A stretch of 64,000 nt of DNA, taken from positions 29,574,001 to 29,638,000 of the forward strand of contig CDPCPM010000056.1 of NCBI GenBank assembly GCA_976551045.1, read 5' to 3'. Position numbers and translations under genes: made by a program. The stretch comes from Glaucostegus cemiculus. Lineage: Eukaryota. The notes beneath the pieces were generated by a model, which had not been told where the DNA came from, made no database searches, and saw only the letters and a program-made list of their open reading frames with translations. This document shows, one piece after another, positions 39,190-52,420 of this stretch (within the stretch, counting starts at the first letter, position 1; every line of letters starts with the position of its first letter).

Positions 39190-39280
39190 ACAAGAAACAG
39201 GAGTGGACTATAGAATTTCGATCATGCTCCATCATTCAGATCATGACTGATTTGATTACCCACCTCAACCTGACTTTCCC
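39190..39280 (-). mobile_element. Short CR1 3'-UTR fragment
   Basis: aagaaacaggagtggac..tgctccatcattcagatcatgactgat..cacctcaac; same family as 49215-49407. Confidence 0.55.
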
Positions 39281-40015
39281 TTAAACTTCCTGTACAAAGA
39301 CAAGACAAAATTGAGAGAGGCTGTCCCACAACTTAAGATTAGTCTGACATTGGCCAACACAAGAATTTCCCACACACTTGATTCTCCTATAGTCCAGAAG
39401 TATATTCATCGCAGCCTAATATACCTTTTCTCTTCATTGGGTGCAACTCGACTTTGTTTACATGGGCAGGGTCGCCATAATGCTGATGGATTACTAACAC
39501 CTCTACTGGGACTGTGTTGCTGGGGACTGGAAAGCAGGGCCTGGTGTAATTCAGCCATTGAGAATTGCTGGTCATTAATGCAATATCAAGGAGCAAGGCA
39601 CAATAAATCCTTGTAAGTAGTACATGAAATGTAGAGTACCTCAGGGTTCCAGACTTTTCCTCAAGCATTATTGGATCATATTTGGGAAAGGTGGTTAGAT
39701 TTATTTGACACTTGAGGGAAAGATTTAAAAGATTATCTTGCAGTGAAGAAAGTCAGTGCCACTGCCACTAAAGTTCCAATGATAAAACAGTCAAGTATAA
39801 AAAGAATAAAACCTGGTAGGCTACCAATCAGCCTCAACCAAAGCATAGGATTCAAAAATGGTAAACAGTGAACTTCTTTACCCTTCCTGTACCAACATAC
39901 AGAAACATTGTCAACCCTTTAACCCTCCTATATAAAGACAAGACACAACTGAGAGAGGCTGTCCCACAATTTAAGAATGGTCTGACATGGGCCCCTCACA
40001 AGAATCTGCCACTCA
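39278..40015. repeat. Pair of ~98-bp diverged direct repeats (39278-39375 and 39915-40015)
   Basis: Shared core aaagacaagaca.aa.tgagagaggctgtcccacaa.ttaaga.t.gtctgacat.ggcc..cacaagaat; roughly 80% identical by eye. Confidence 0.85.
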
Positions 40016-40509
40016 ACAATTATTTTGATCCCCGTTATCATCCCTGCATATTCACTGGGCCAACAGCAGGAGAGACCCAAGAGGTGGCATAATGATATAC
40101 ATCTGGGAGGGAATGAATCTGAAAATTTTGATAATAAGTACAGACCCCAAGAACTTACTTTCTTCAGGTCAAACCTCCTGCTGGTTAAATATCTGCCATG
40201 CTTCAGTAACAGACAAATTCAGTAGTCCATCACACTGAAGAATACTTTGAAGGAGAGCTGTGGACAATAAGAACAAGATGGTATTCTGGGGTGGGAGGGC
40301 TCCAATGTCTACCATTCATAGTACTCTGTGGTACCATTATTGACCAAGAGAGTTAAATCCTGAAAGCCATACCTAACTGAGTTAAGGGCAGGTGGTGAAA
40401 AATCAAAGAGGATAAAGCTGCAACCTTGTTCTCAATAATTCAACTCTCTCATGTGCAACTGTCCATGGAAGTATTTGTAGGGAGACATAACTGGGGCACA
40501 TAACATTAC

Positions 40510-40747
40510 AAGGATCCTGAATAAATAGAAAAGATCTATTTCCCCAAGCAGAGGTATCAAAAATACAGATGCAATAGATGTAAAGTAATTGGTGGAAGGA
40601 TTAGTGAGGAGATTATGGAGATAAAGAAAATATTTTCACTCAGAAATCTTGAACTCACTGCCTGAAAGGGAGGTAGAAACACTCATCGCATTTAAATAGA
40701 GATGCAAACTACAGGGCCGTGGACCTAATGCAGGGAGATGGATGTAG
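40510..40747 (+). mobile_element. CR1 3' fragment
   Basis: ctatttcccc..ttttcactcag..gaactcactgcctgaaaggg..ctacagggccgtggacctaatgcaggg. Confidence 0.65.
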
Positions 40748-41182
40748 AAAGGTGGCTGTATGATGAATGCACCTCCATTGTCCAGGAACCCACCAACATG
40801 CTTGTGCAGCACCAGAAGACTGCGACTGGGTGATGCTGGGCAGGCAGCTGAAGATTCTTCCAGGTTTACTGGAAAAGGTTCAGGGAATCCAAGGCGAGGC
40901 CTCGGGCAGGACAGATCGCAGCTGGAAAGTTGGAGGAGGCTGGGGTGGAGACGACAGCCAGGGATTCAAGGAGGAAAAGTCAGGGGGAAGATTTACGAGG
41001 GAAGGGGGCAAGTGTAGAGTGAGGAAGCTGATATGGGTGGGGCATGCCCCGGGTTAGTTCTCCCTCTGTGAGCTTTGCTGCCTTGCCCCACCACCAACGG
41101 CAGCACCTCAGGGGCGTCAGACTCCCGCACCTTGGCTCAGCCTGTTGCTGAGGGAACCTCAGCCAGCGGCGTGGTGGTGGGG

Positions 41183-41440
41183 ACAGGGGATTAAGGAGGG
41201 AGGGAGGTAGTAAAATTAGGGGGGAAGAGAAGGCCCAGTAGGAAGAAAGCAGAGGGCAAGAGGAAAAAGAGGGGGAATGGAAGAAAGGAGGAGACCAAGT
41301 GGCAAGGTACAAGTAAGCGAGGTAAGAGGAAGAAGGAGTTTAGAGGGCAGGGGAAACACCAAAGAAGAAAAGATTCAGGGATGTGGAGGATTGAGGGGAT
41401 AAAGGTCAGGCAGAGGTAAAGGAGGAAGTAAAAAGAGGTA
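41183..41440 (+). repeat. Purine-rich (GA) low-complexity tract
   Basis: Mostly G/A on the plus strand, with several GGG(G) runs. Confidence 0.7.
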
Positions 41441-41639
41441 GTGCACAGGGATGCATGTATGTGATCCCCCAACCATGTATGTGATAGTGTGTACATGCTG
41501 ACAGGTACCTCCATGTGTCCATTTACATGTGCGGTAATGGATGCACTCTCATCATGAACCCTCCCTTGTCAGTGGATAAAGACAACACTCCATGCAGTAG
41601 CTGGTAGCCACCCCTTGATAAAGGAAACCAACCACAAGC

Positions 41640-42358
41640 AATTTCCATTCCACAATAGATGGTTTGGGACCCAAAACATTAGGATCCTCTGGATATGCAG
41701 CAGCTGCAAACTTGAACGTTGCACCACCATCGTAATTCAGGAACTCTGATATTCTGACACTGACATTGCCAAATGACATGTAGGTGATGTCCAGCTGACA
41801 GAACAAGACTTTAGCATGGTATCTTCTGGAAGGGCAAACTAGAAGTGAAACTATCATCATGGAGTGGATTTTTCTGTCAAGAATGAGATAATTAGAAATG
41901 CACTGACTCTCCACATGGGTTAAACAAATATCTCATGACCCTTTGGCTCACTCTAAGATAAGATCTTTATTAGTCACATGTACATCGAAACACACAGTGA
42001 AATACATCTTTTGCGTAGTGATTTTTTGGGGGGGGCAGCCCGCAAGTGTTGCCACGTTTCCGGCGCCAACATAGCATGCCCATAACTTTAACATGGAACC
42101 AGCATGATGTGGTCATCAGCACATATGGGTCAACCCAAGAAAGAGCAAATGACTTCTATTCCAACCCTGAAGAACTGAACTCTGGCCTGCTCCAAAGGGA
42201 GACAAACTGCTCCTCCTGGGCAACTCAATAACAAGGTAACGGGGAGGCAAACCTTATAAAAGGCATGACTGGCTTGGAGACAGTAGGAAAGGTATTCTCC
42301 TACAGATTCCTTTCCCAACAAAATGCTTGGAGCACACTTTTGTCATTACCAACACCCT
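41640..42358 (+). mobile_element. RTE LINE 5' relic (apurinic endonuclease domain), interrupted by a SINE
   Basis: ERCTTIVIQEL*YSDTDIA (cf. ERRTAIIARELxRxDIDIA), HGVDF, NQHDVVISTY..FYSN, KGDKLLLLG, TKCLEHTFVITNT. Confidence 0.8.
41955..42088 (-). mobile_element. 5'-truncated copy of the SINE family seen at 2208-2492
   Basis: The reverse complement matches 2366-2492 (aagttatgggcatgctatgttggcgccggaa..cacttgcgggctgcccc..tttcactgtgtgtttcgatgtacatgtgactaata). Confidence 0.9.
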
Positions 42359-42369
42359 AATTCATCAGT

Positions 42370-42650
42370 GAAACCAACACATGAACAGCGCACACATTCT
42401 GCAGTGTGCTCCAACCACAGCAACTTGTCATGGCTTCTTCACCAACACCTCCTCAGCTTGCAAACTCTACCAGCCAGAAATCCAGGCCAACAGACATAAA
42501 ATAACTGCACTACTTCTAAATCTTCCCCCCCAAGTCACACCTGATGTGTGCATGCACTGTTATACCTTTCCCTGCCAGTAGTCCAAATCTTAGAACCCTC
42601 TGCCTAGGAGCACTGTAGGATACCTTCACTGCACTCATTGTATTAGGTCT
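42370..42650 (+). mobile_element. Decayed fragment of the HHHLLKGN LINE family
   Basis: ggcttcttcaccaacacctcc..aaactctacc..cttcccccccaagtcacac..gtccaaatcttagaaccctctgcctaggagcactgtagga. Confidence 0.55.
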
Positions 42651-42739
42651 GAAAACAAATGTGTAAATTTTGGCAACTGCGAGTGAATTTTGTGTTAGTT
42701 CTGCAATGATGCATGATGTTCATTTTTGCTACATATCAC

Positions 42740-42876
42740 AATCCAAAAATCCCATCTACCCATAATGAACCCAACTGGTTCAAGCATCCTAATTTCGAGC
42801 AAGTTCTGTCACCCATCACCCTTTTACTCATTGATCTCGAGGAACTTGTGCTCTAGTAATGCTTTGACTCTAAAAT
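42740..42876 (+). mobile_element. L2 LINE fragment
   Basis: aagttctgtcacccatcacccttttactcattgatct..gctttgactctaaaat (cf. SPITPVLADLHWLPV..RLDFKI). Confidence 0.5.
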
Positions 42877-45800
42877 GAATTGGGTGCTCCACAGTATTCT
42901 CCTTCCGTTCTGAACAAGGGTGTGTTGTGCACTGTATGTTTTATCCCAGCCTAGCAATATAAGTACTCAGCATGCCTGAAAATGACCGCATCAAATCACA
43001 CATTTGAGACCTTGTATTACTCTGCAGCAGATAAGAACAAATTTTAAAAATTAGATAAATCATTGGACGAATCTTGCCTAGATGACAATTCTGGTCCAAC
43101 TCATTAGCAATTTTTCCTCTATTAAAATATGTGCCATACGAATTACACTGTGGTCTTTGTGCCTCTCAGAACAGTCCATCATTCCTCAACAAAGCAGTGA
43201 CTTAATGGAAGATATTTCCTATTATCATTGTTTCCAACTGATTGGTATACAGGAGAACAGACCACTCCCCAGTAGCTAATACTTGGTTTCACCTCTTTCC
43301 ATCAGCCTACATGCCAAGCCAAGCAGGAAGCTGAAAATCAGAGTTGCTGCTATGTAACTTTATTAAGAGTATGTTTAAATATTATACATCATAAGAGTTC
43401 TGTGATAGATACCTGTTACAGACAAGTTTCTGACTTTGTATACCTGACAAAGAGATTCACGTGATGAGAGTACAGATTTGAAAATGTTTAATTTAATGGT
43501 TGGAAATAGATGGGCCACACATCTGAATTATTAGTTGATTTACTCTTGCTAGCAGTTAAATGCTACAAGTTAGCCCCTGTATCACCAGCCTAACTTTAGG
43601 AAGAGCTCACTTTGTCTCTTTGAATGTTGAGATCTTGACTAAAATCACTAAAATTAGAATTGTTAATATTTCATATTCCTTGTCTGAACATTTAGTAATA
43701 GAACTATGACTTTACTTGACCTACACAAGTTTCCTTAAGCAAGGTTGCTGTTTCACCTCATGCAGCTGTTCACTTGGACACTTCCATGCAGCTTTCAACT
43801 GGTCTGAACAAGCAAGGACTTTCAGATAACATGCCATGCCTTTACATTTGGTTCATTTTCAAATTATCAATGTTGCTTGATAATCAAGGGAACAGTTTTT
43901 ATCAATCATATAATTCCATGCAAAGTATTCTACACTTTAATAGCTATACTGCTTAATTGATCCTGCAGTATAAAATGCACAATGTTCACAATTGGTTTTC
44001 CAAACAGTTTAAGGGAACTGCAGAATAAATTTGAGTGATTTGAAAATTATTGTACCCTCCCATTAAAGTACTCAGTAAGAATTCTACTTTTAATACTTCC
44101 TTTACATCGAGAGAACTTTTTATTTTAATTTTCTCTCTGCAAACTCTGAAGCTGGCTGAAGATTTCACATTGAGAATATCAGTGAAGATGTACTTTGCTC
44201 ACTTCAGCCAATAGGTTAATCAAGAGGCTGCTACACCCAATGGGAATCACACTTAGGTATTATGTGTTGATGTGCTGAGTCACTAAGACAATGTGCGAGT
44301 CTATTAAGATGGACCAAGACCATCACCAGACCTTGCTATTCCTCACACACATTGGTTTTTACTTAAATGGGATCTATGCATGGTATCAATGGTATCATGG
44401 TAACAAGTTCCACAAACTCATCATTTCCTGAACGAACAATATTCTTCTGGATTATGTATATGCTTTATTTGTACCTACTTTATATTTATTCCCTCTAATT
44501 TGAAAAATAAAACTGCTCCTGAAACTCTCTGATGACTGAAGTTTAAAGCACATTGCCCAGTGTAGAATTTTGCTACACAGAACAAGATTCCAAGACTGAC
44601 TTTGTTTGTCGGTTAATTGTTTGTCAATTTGTTTGTCAAATTGCACATTATGTGATGAGTTGATGACTTAACTTGGTACAGAATTGTAAAAACAATACTG
44701 TTGGAAACCTGCTTCTAAATAGTAACAGGTGACACCTGTTGGGAAGTGCATTTTTAGACTTGCAAAGTTAAATAGTTTCAGAGCACTTGTTTTCAGGTAT
44801 TGTACATAAAAACAGCTAGGATGGTCAAAGTAAATGGAAAGTATGCAGTACCTATTCTCTGCAGATGAAGAAAGGGAAGACAGGGTGGCTGAAGAAGTTA
44901 ACAATTTTGTTGAAGGTTTGCAAGCAAGTTAAATACTTTTATCTTGCTTACACAATGAACACTTTTCAACGTCTCATCACACAGAAGAGTTTTTATATTC
45001 CCAGATAGAAAGTAAACACTGACATTTAATATCACATGATAAAGCAAACCGCTACTAGTTGTTGTACAGCATATTGCCTACTCAGGTGTTGAGAGCAGAC
45101 TGCACGTATCACTAAGTGCACTTTACAGGCAGCCGACTCCAGCTAAAGTTACAGTGAAACAAATGTAGTCAGCCCTCGTTAGCAGTAACTCATCCAGATC
45201 AGCTACAGGGTTCTTAATATTGAGTTTTTATCAGATGTCAGGATACTGCCGTGGCTGGCACACTCTTCTGATCTTCCTAAAATATTTGTATTTCTGAATT
45301 TGCCAGTAGCAGTTAACCTTAGAAATAAGTATGCGATTAGTTCCTCCAGCCACATTGGGCAAGTGTGCAACTGGAAAAGCCCCATCCATTTTCAGCTATA
45401 TTATGTTGAGCCACTGTAATCATCCATATTACTTGGAAGTTATAGCTTATGGTCCAGAAGAGTCCCTCCAAAACTTAACTGAACCAGTCCTTTCACCATG
45501 TACAAGACCTCGCATATACCTAGTTACTACTCACGTTTGATAAAGTGGTAGCAAGTTCCATAACCTCATCACTTTGAGGATAAAGAATATTCTATTTTAC
45601 AATTTATTTATAACTCTCTTATATTAACACATTTTAATTTTAGAATTAATGACAGCAGTCATAATTGGATATTAACTGCATAAATGCTTCATGTGATTCC
45701 TCATCTAACTATTGATTATGCACTTTGAAGACTAGATAAGTAACAATAAGGGGAGCTATAATTAGAGCCCAAAATAATCAAGTGTCCTTTTCAGGAATTC

Positions 45801-46639
45801 TGAGCTACCATATGTCAACCGGAAGAGTATTTGCCATGTCTGCAATGACTTGGACTCATTGGTTGTAATGATGGTGAATTCGTCAGTGTTTGGTGTCATT
45901 GCACTGTAAAATAAACATAAACTCTGAAACTGCACTTGACATGGTTAAAGACTGATAATACTGATGCTGTTGGTCATGATTCTCTAGTCCTCCACAGGAT
46001 GCACTGTTGGTTGTTTAGGATGGAAGACGAGATGAAATTGCTGAAGTAACTTAAGTACCATTCTCCCCATAAAAGCACTCTTGCAAAAGTTAACCTTTTT
46101 TCAAATGAGATCCAACTGAGGTTGTAGTATTGCAGTAAGCCGTAATTACTGTTGAGCACTGGTCTGGCACTGCAAAAGTTAATTGGATATTTGTGTACAC
46201 CATGATAACTGTTTGAATTATATTATATTTAAAATCTAGGGCATGATAAATGGGCAAAAGAATGCCACAGTTGTGGTGGGCCAATGAGTGTTTTGCTAGT
46301 TGTCAAACCACACCAAAACTTGGTTGCAGCGAGGCCCAAGGACTTGGTTGCAGGAGATTATTCAAGTACTTGTGAAGTTGTCCACCAGCCCAATTCGAGG
46401 GTGGTGGAGGATCTTGGTTTAGGGCATTACTGGCAGTCTCTGCAGTGTTTGTGTAGAAGGGAGGGAGGAAATGGATTAGTCCAACATCTCTCCATGGTGG
46501 GGTGGAGGGATGATGGGGAGGAATTTTTCTGCCACTTCAGTAGTGGGGGAAGAGATCAGAGCCCAGAAGCTTCAGTGGGCAGAAGAAAAGGAGATCATAG
46601 TCTTTGGGGTGGTTCATTTAACACAAGGGGGGGCTCATG

Positions 46640-46808
46640 ATATTAATAACTTATAAAAAGACATTTAGATAAGTACATGGATAGGAGGGGTTGAGAGGGT
46701 TATGGGCCAAATGCAGGCAAATGGGACCAGCTTGGTGGGCACCAGGGTCAGCATGGACGAGTTGGGCCACAGGGCCTGTTTCCATGCTTTATTACCCTAT
46801 GATTCTAT
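46640..46808 (+). mobile_element. CR1 (HER1-like) 3' end
   Basis: acatttagataagtacatggatagg..ggttatgggccaaatgcaggcaaatggga..ttgggccacagggcctgtttccatgct..ctatgattctat. Confidence 0.85.
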
Positions 46809-48629
46809 ATAGATTTCATATTTGGACACCTCCCAGGACAGCTCTGTTGCACTCTGTTGTCTTGGAGTACCCAATGACAGCTGTCAAAAGGGCAGGGTGC
46901 TCCAAATTCTACTGCAATGTTAAAAAAAAGGACTGTTGCACAGGGAATGATGCATCCTGAGCAAGTGCTTGATTGAATCTTCTGAGTGACTCTAGGTGAC
47001 CTGGAAGTAGCCAGCACTGTGCTTCACACACAGAAAAAAAAACTTATTTTCAACTGCATAAATGCTGAAAATTTTGCTCTGATGTCTACAGAATTATTAA
47101 AAGTGAATGATTAAATCTGTTCTTTACTTCTTGTTTTACTATCTGTGAGAATTCTTCTGTATGGTTGTTCAGCTTGATTGCTAAACAGCAAAGATCGCCT
47201 CTAGGTGACACTGGAATAAAACTGAAGTCAGGAAAGGTGAAATCCACACACTAGAGATCGCTAGGTCTTTGCATAAAAAAATTGTTTTAATGTCGAAGCC
47301 AAGTGCTATCATTGTACACTGATCATAAAATCCTTCTTTATATCCTCTATTTCCCATTCACATAATTGACAAGAATAATCTTACACATGGAAGAAAGTTT
47401 ACTAGTCTGGCACTCCTTTCTTTCACTGGATTACACTGGATCTCAAAGACATGATGCCTTTGAAAAATCAACAGCCTATGCTGATATTTACAATATTATC
47501 AAAATATGCATCATCTTTATACCAAGGTGTAAGATTTTCAGCTTTTTGTTACTTTGCTCATAAATGCTCTTCCTCCTCAACAACAGTCAGCCAGACCTTT
47601 AGCTTTTGCCCCCTTTGTTCAAAACAGTGGATAGAAAATGCAGAAGAATGCAGTTTAATTCAATAATCCATATATCTCACCTTCATTTGGGAAGCACATC
47701 CATTTCTGTTTGGTATCCTACTGAAACAACCTGGTTGTGAGTTCACTGGCAAAGAATCCGACTGATATTCCTCCATCACACATCCTCCATAGTGTAGCAT
47801 ATTTATGTACCACTGCACTATTGGGCATCTACAACTCTTGACAGCTTTAGCTACTGTATTCATTGTTATGAAACCTCAAACAAACCAACCCCACTCCCTC
47901 CCCTGTCATAAACTATAATGATACACATCTTTGATTCTGGCCATGACAATCCATTCTTGGTCTTGTAAGAATCAATAGTTATTTACATTTCCTTGCAAGC
48001 ATAATCAATTCCTGGATCCAAAACGCAAAGGGACGAAGTGACAAAGATACCAACTTCATTGTCCCATAATATTGAAATTATGGCCTTTGAAATTCCGAGT
48101 GGAAGCACCAAAAACATAATTGTCTTGCACAGGCTGTACTTAAATAACATTAAAAGAAAGACCACAAATTATAAAGCAAAATCATCATATGTCTGTTTTT
48201 GGCTTTCAGACAGTTCAAAACACTGTCCCAGGTATAAAATTACAATCTGAATTGGATTGAATCACTTACAGTGACTTACTAATGGGTAATAACACAAACT
48301 GGAAATAAAATTATTTTCAAAACCAAAAACAGAATTGAAGGTTGACTGTAGATTCTGAATTTGCTGGTGATTCAATCAATAGTTCAGAAAGATATTTCAA
48401 AGCAAGTGCCAAAAATTATTTATAACTCCTTTAAAAATGTACCTCTTAACATTTTTGTTAACTTATCATTTTTAGCAACTGGAGCAGTGTATTAAAAAGG
48501 AACTGCACTTCAGTATCTCGATAAATTTTGCATTACTGTCAGAATGGATCAAAACAAAAATATTCTTCATGCCATTTTTCCTTTTCAAAAACAATCAGCT
48601 GTAGTCAGGGAACCAATTGGACAGCTTAC

Positions 48630-48757
48630 CTGGCTCCACCTCATGCCAACCACTTGACTGACTGCCACTCCCCGGAGATCGACCTTGGTTGGTATAAAAG
48701 GGTTCTTCACCAGGGCTGTCCATTTCATCTTCCATAGATTTGTGGCGCTTTGCAGAA
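48630..48757 (-). CDS. NFIA: NFIA internal coding exon (human exon 6 equivalent), 128 nt, phase 2 to 1
   Basis: Minus strand reads tttccccgttacag|TTCTGCAAAGCGC...GTGGAGCCAG|gtaagc. It translates as (S)[42 protein letters not shown](G), matching NFIA, and is phase-compatible with both neighbours. Confidence 0.97.
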
Positions 48758-49214
48758 CTGTAACGGGGAAATTAAATGTCAGAACAGTAAAGTTATGCTC
48801 AATCCACCTTTTTTTTTTAAAAGGACACATTAGGGCCACAGCACCATATTTAAACCCAAAACGTTAAAGCCTGTCACAGTCTCCAACCTAGTGTTCAATG
48901 CACATTCACTAGAGGGAACACTTCAATTTCAATTTGCATATACTAGATCCTGTGGGGACTACATTCACATTCAACACAAGGTTATGGCATATGTATTGAC
49001 ATAAAAAAAGTGTTCTATAGCCTGTACCTGAAATTACTTCTTAAAAAATATCTAAACCTAGAAATTGGTTTGCATCAACTTTCACGGTGCTGAAACAGTG
49101 CAGTGTTCAGACAGAGAGCTAATTTATATTCCCTTAGAAAAAAATCATAAAATCAATTTGCAACAGCAATGGGTTTTAATGCCCAGAACAAAATGTTAAA
49201 ATGGGGCATAACAT

Positions 49215-49407
49215 GAATATGAACACATAAAAAAATAGCAGGTGTAGGCCACGCAAACCTTTCAGATTGTTCTTTCATTTAAGATCATGGTTGATCTTTC
49301 ACCTCAGTGGCATTTTCCAGCTATATACACATATCCCTTGGTTCCCTTCATGCCTAGAAATCGATCAATCTCCACCCTGAATAAACATAACAACTGAACT
49401 TCCACAC
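49215..49407 (-). mobile_element. CR1 3' fragment
   Basis: cataaaaaaatagcaggtgtaggcca..aagatcatggttgatc..catatcccttggttccctt..aatctccaccctgaata. Confidence 0.7.
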
Positions 49408-49731
49408 TGCAGCAACACACATTACAGCTATAATGGAGGCGAGAAAGACTGCAGGGGAGAGGAAAGGACTCCCAGATTCACACAAAGAGCCTTAGAATTG
49501 CTCAAAAGTGAGACATAAGTCAGGAGGAGATCCTGTGCAGACCAGCCAGGGTCACCATAAGAAGAACCTGGCAGGAGGTGGCTTGAGTTGTCTTCTCCAG
49601 AAGTGTGAATCAATAAGCAAAGGAGCAATGCTGCAAATGATTTCATGACCCCATGAGATGCTTAAAAGTCAAGTACAGACTAGTAAAAATATTACTTCCT
49701 CAGAGTTTTATCCAGACATTCCCACCCTCTT

Positions 49732-49752
49732 CACACACACACACACACACAC
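49732..49752. repeat. (CA)10 microsatellite
   Basis: Directly visible. Confidence 0.95.
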
Positions 49753-50126
49753 CCTTCCCTATTACTCCACCACTCCCACCCTACCACAGACACAGACATT
49801 CTATCCTCCCTGCCACCACACAATGCTTCAATATCTCCATTTAGGCTAAATTAGTGAGGAACAGGAGGGAGTCCAGACAGGAAAGGGGAAGCACCCCATC
49901 AGGCTGGAGGAGATGATTGTCTTGCTCCTAGGTAGGGGAGTTACTGAGGTGCAAAACATCTTACTAGTAGCTGCTGTACGGAATCTGCCAGATTTGGTTG
50001 TTAAGTTTTTATTGTGTTCATTACATCCTATTAAACTGATCGACTGTACACTTCTTCATTATCATCTGTGCTGGTGCATCATCACAATGGTATTGTGGGC
50101 ACAGTTTCTTTGTGCAATTCTCTTCT

Positions 50127-51295
50127 AGAATCAGAGTTGTACGGGACAGAAACAAGCCCCATATCCATGCTGACCTTCTTGTCCATCTACAATAACCTCA
50201 TTTGCCCGGATGAGGTCTTCATCCTTCTAATGCCTTGCCTGCTTAAGTGCTTGCTAAATGACTCCTGAATGTAATGATCCTATCTGAATCTACCACCTCG
50301 TCTGGCAGCAAGTTCCAGATATCATTCACTCCCTGTGCAAAAAAACTTTCCCCTCAAATCCCCTTTAAAACTCCTTTCTCTCACCTTAAACACTCCTGTT
50401 TTTGATATCCTCATGAAAAGAAAAAGAGTCTGACTACCTACCTTATCCATACCTCTTATAATTTTATATGCCTCTATGAGGTCTCCCCTCAACTTTCTTC
50501 TCTTCAGGGAAAACAAGCCCAGCCTATCCAATCTCTCCCCAGAACTATAGTTCTCCCATCCAAGCAAATTCCCGGTGAATCTCCTTGGTACTCTCTCCAG
50601 AGTGACCATTTCCTTCTTACCATGTGGCAACCAGAATTGCACACTATACTCCCAAGTGCAGTCTAAACAGCGTTTTGTAAAGTTGAAACATAACATTCCA
50701 GTTTTTATATTCTTTATGCTGACCTATGGAAGCAATTGTGTCATGTGCCTTTTTCACCACCCTATCTATCTGTTGCCACTTTCAAGGAACAATGGACTTG
50801 AATCCCAAGGTTTCCCTGTTCATCAACATTCCTTATTGCTCTACCATTTACCGAATATGTGCTATCTCTATTCGACTTCCCAAAATGAATCACCATGAGA
50901 TTAAATGCCATCTGCCAACATCCTGCCCAACTTTTCATCTGATCTATATCCTGCTGTAACCTCAGATAACCTACTTCATAACACCTACCCACACCACCAC
51001 CAACTTTCGTGCCAATCACAAGCTTAGGATTTATACCGCTTACATTCACATCCAAGTTGTTGATATATATTACAAACAACAAGGTCCCAGCACCATTCCC
51101 TGCAGTACACCACTGGTCACAGACTGCCAATCAGAAAACCATCCTTCTATCACTACCTTCTGCCTCCTATCACAAACCAACTTTGGATCCAATTAGCCAG
51201 CTTGCCTTTGATCCCAAGTCCCTTAACCTTCTGGACCATGAGGGATCTTGTCAGATGCCTTACCAAGGTCCATACAGACATCTACCACCCTCCCT
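50127..51295 (-). mobile_element. CR1 LINE relic, RT domain to 3' UTR
   Basis: ORF 50762-51130 (LLFVIYINNLD..LQQDIDQMKSWAGCWQMAFN) and ORF 50322-50696 (EYSVQFW..LERVPRRFT..ERLDRLGLFSLKRRKLRGDLIEAYKIIRG); frameshifted. Confidence 0.93.
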
Positions 51296-52244
51296 GGAAA
51301 TGATCAGTTATGTAAAAGAGGTAAAACTGAGGTTATAGTGAATGTCACTTTTGAAGAAAAGAATTGCACAATCAAATTTCTATGCTCTTTTTTTATTATA
51401 AAGGGAAGTAAACAGTACACCACAGAATGTTATGGTGGAAATAGTCAATGTAGCATAGATATGGTGAAATATTCTGTAGTTCAGGTGAAGGTCATTACTT
51501 TGGTTTTCCAAAAATAATGACCTAGCTCTTCACTTTTTTCCTGACCATTCTTTTTACAAGTTATTCTCATACATTTTACTTTTGAGGTGCTTATGAGTGA
51601 GAATTAAGCAAACAAGTAATGTTTAACAAACAGGTATTTCTGTTGGTGGATAGTTCAATAAACACATAGAGCTACCATTCTAATTTCTCCTAAAATTAGA
51701 AAGCCCCAGATAATACTCAGGAAAGTTACCTGTTAAGTTATCTGTTGCAACATGAATTGCTTCAGGACAACCACAATTGTACATTTCTTTGAATTGGCTT
51801 TAACATTTGGGTAATTGGGCACACATTTTTTGGCTAGGTTGCCTGCTCAAATTCCAGAAAATGGGGCTTTCAATAATTTTGTTTACCGAATTAAAAGAAA
51901 GAAGAATTCAAATTAAGAAATATATATTAACATATGAAAGCACCAATTAAACACCTACGTGCTTCCGAGCAGTAGTAATGTATTGTTTGTCAAATAGCAC
52001 GGCAGTAGTGCAGAAGCTTACTTACTTAACCATCATGTGCATTTACATCTCTGTATCTCTTGTACACAAGATCTGATGAAGAATCTCTAAGATACTGTCT
52101 TGATTTTGTCACAAGGGAGTGTACAATAACAGAATGATACTGCCTGCATAGTTAGATTAAATTTCATAAAAACGCCACCCTCTATAAGTATGGAACCGAA
52201 TAACATAGATTTTTCTTTTGTGTTTATAGCTAAAAGCAAACCAT

Positions 52245-52420
52245 CTGAACAGACATTGAATGCATAAATAGATGTGTGGGGAAGCTAGGTGAGCACACGA
52301 TGGAGAAAGGAAGAGAAGGAGGTATTGACGAGGCTAGATGCAGAAAGAGGGGCATGTGGAGCCTTAATATCAGCACAGATCTATTGTGCCAAATGTCCAT
52401 CTTGTGCTGCAAATATGTAA
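52245..52420 (+). mobile_element. CR1 3'-UTR fragment
   Basis: gggaagctaggtgagcacacgatggagaaagg..tgtggagc..cagcacagatctattgtgccaaatg..ttgtgctg. Confidence 0.6.

Noticed and set aside
41552-41914. 120-aa minus-strand ORF
   Set aside because: It is the antisense reading of a decayed RTE endonuclease region.
46284-46640. 118-aa plus-strand ORF
   Set aside because: No recognisable domain or splice context; the length is compatible with chance in a locally GC-richer stretch.
48585-48839. 84-aa minus-strand ORF (..[14 protein letters not shown]..)
   Set aside because: It is a shifted frame of NFIA exon 6.
50322-51338. Several 107-124 aa ORFs
   Set aside because: They are frameshifted CR1 reverse-transcriptase remnants or their antisense frames, not host genes.
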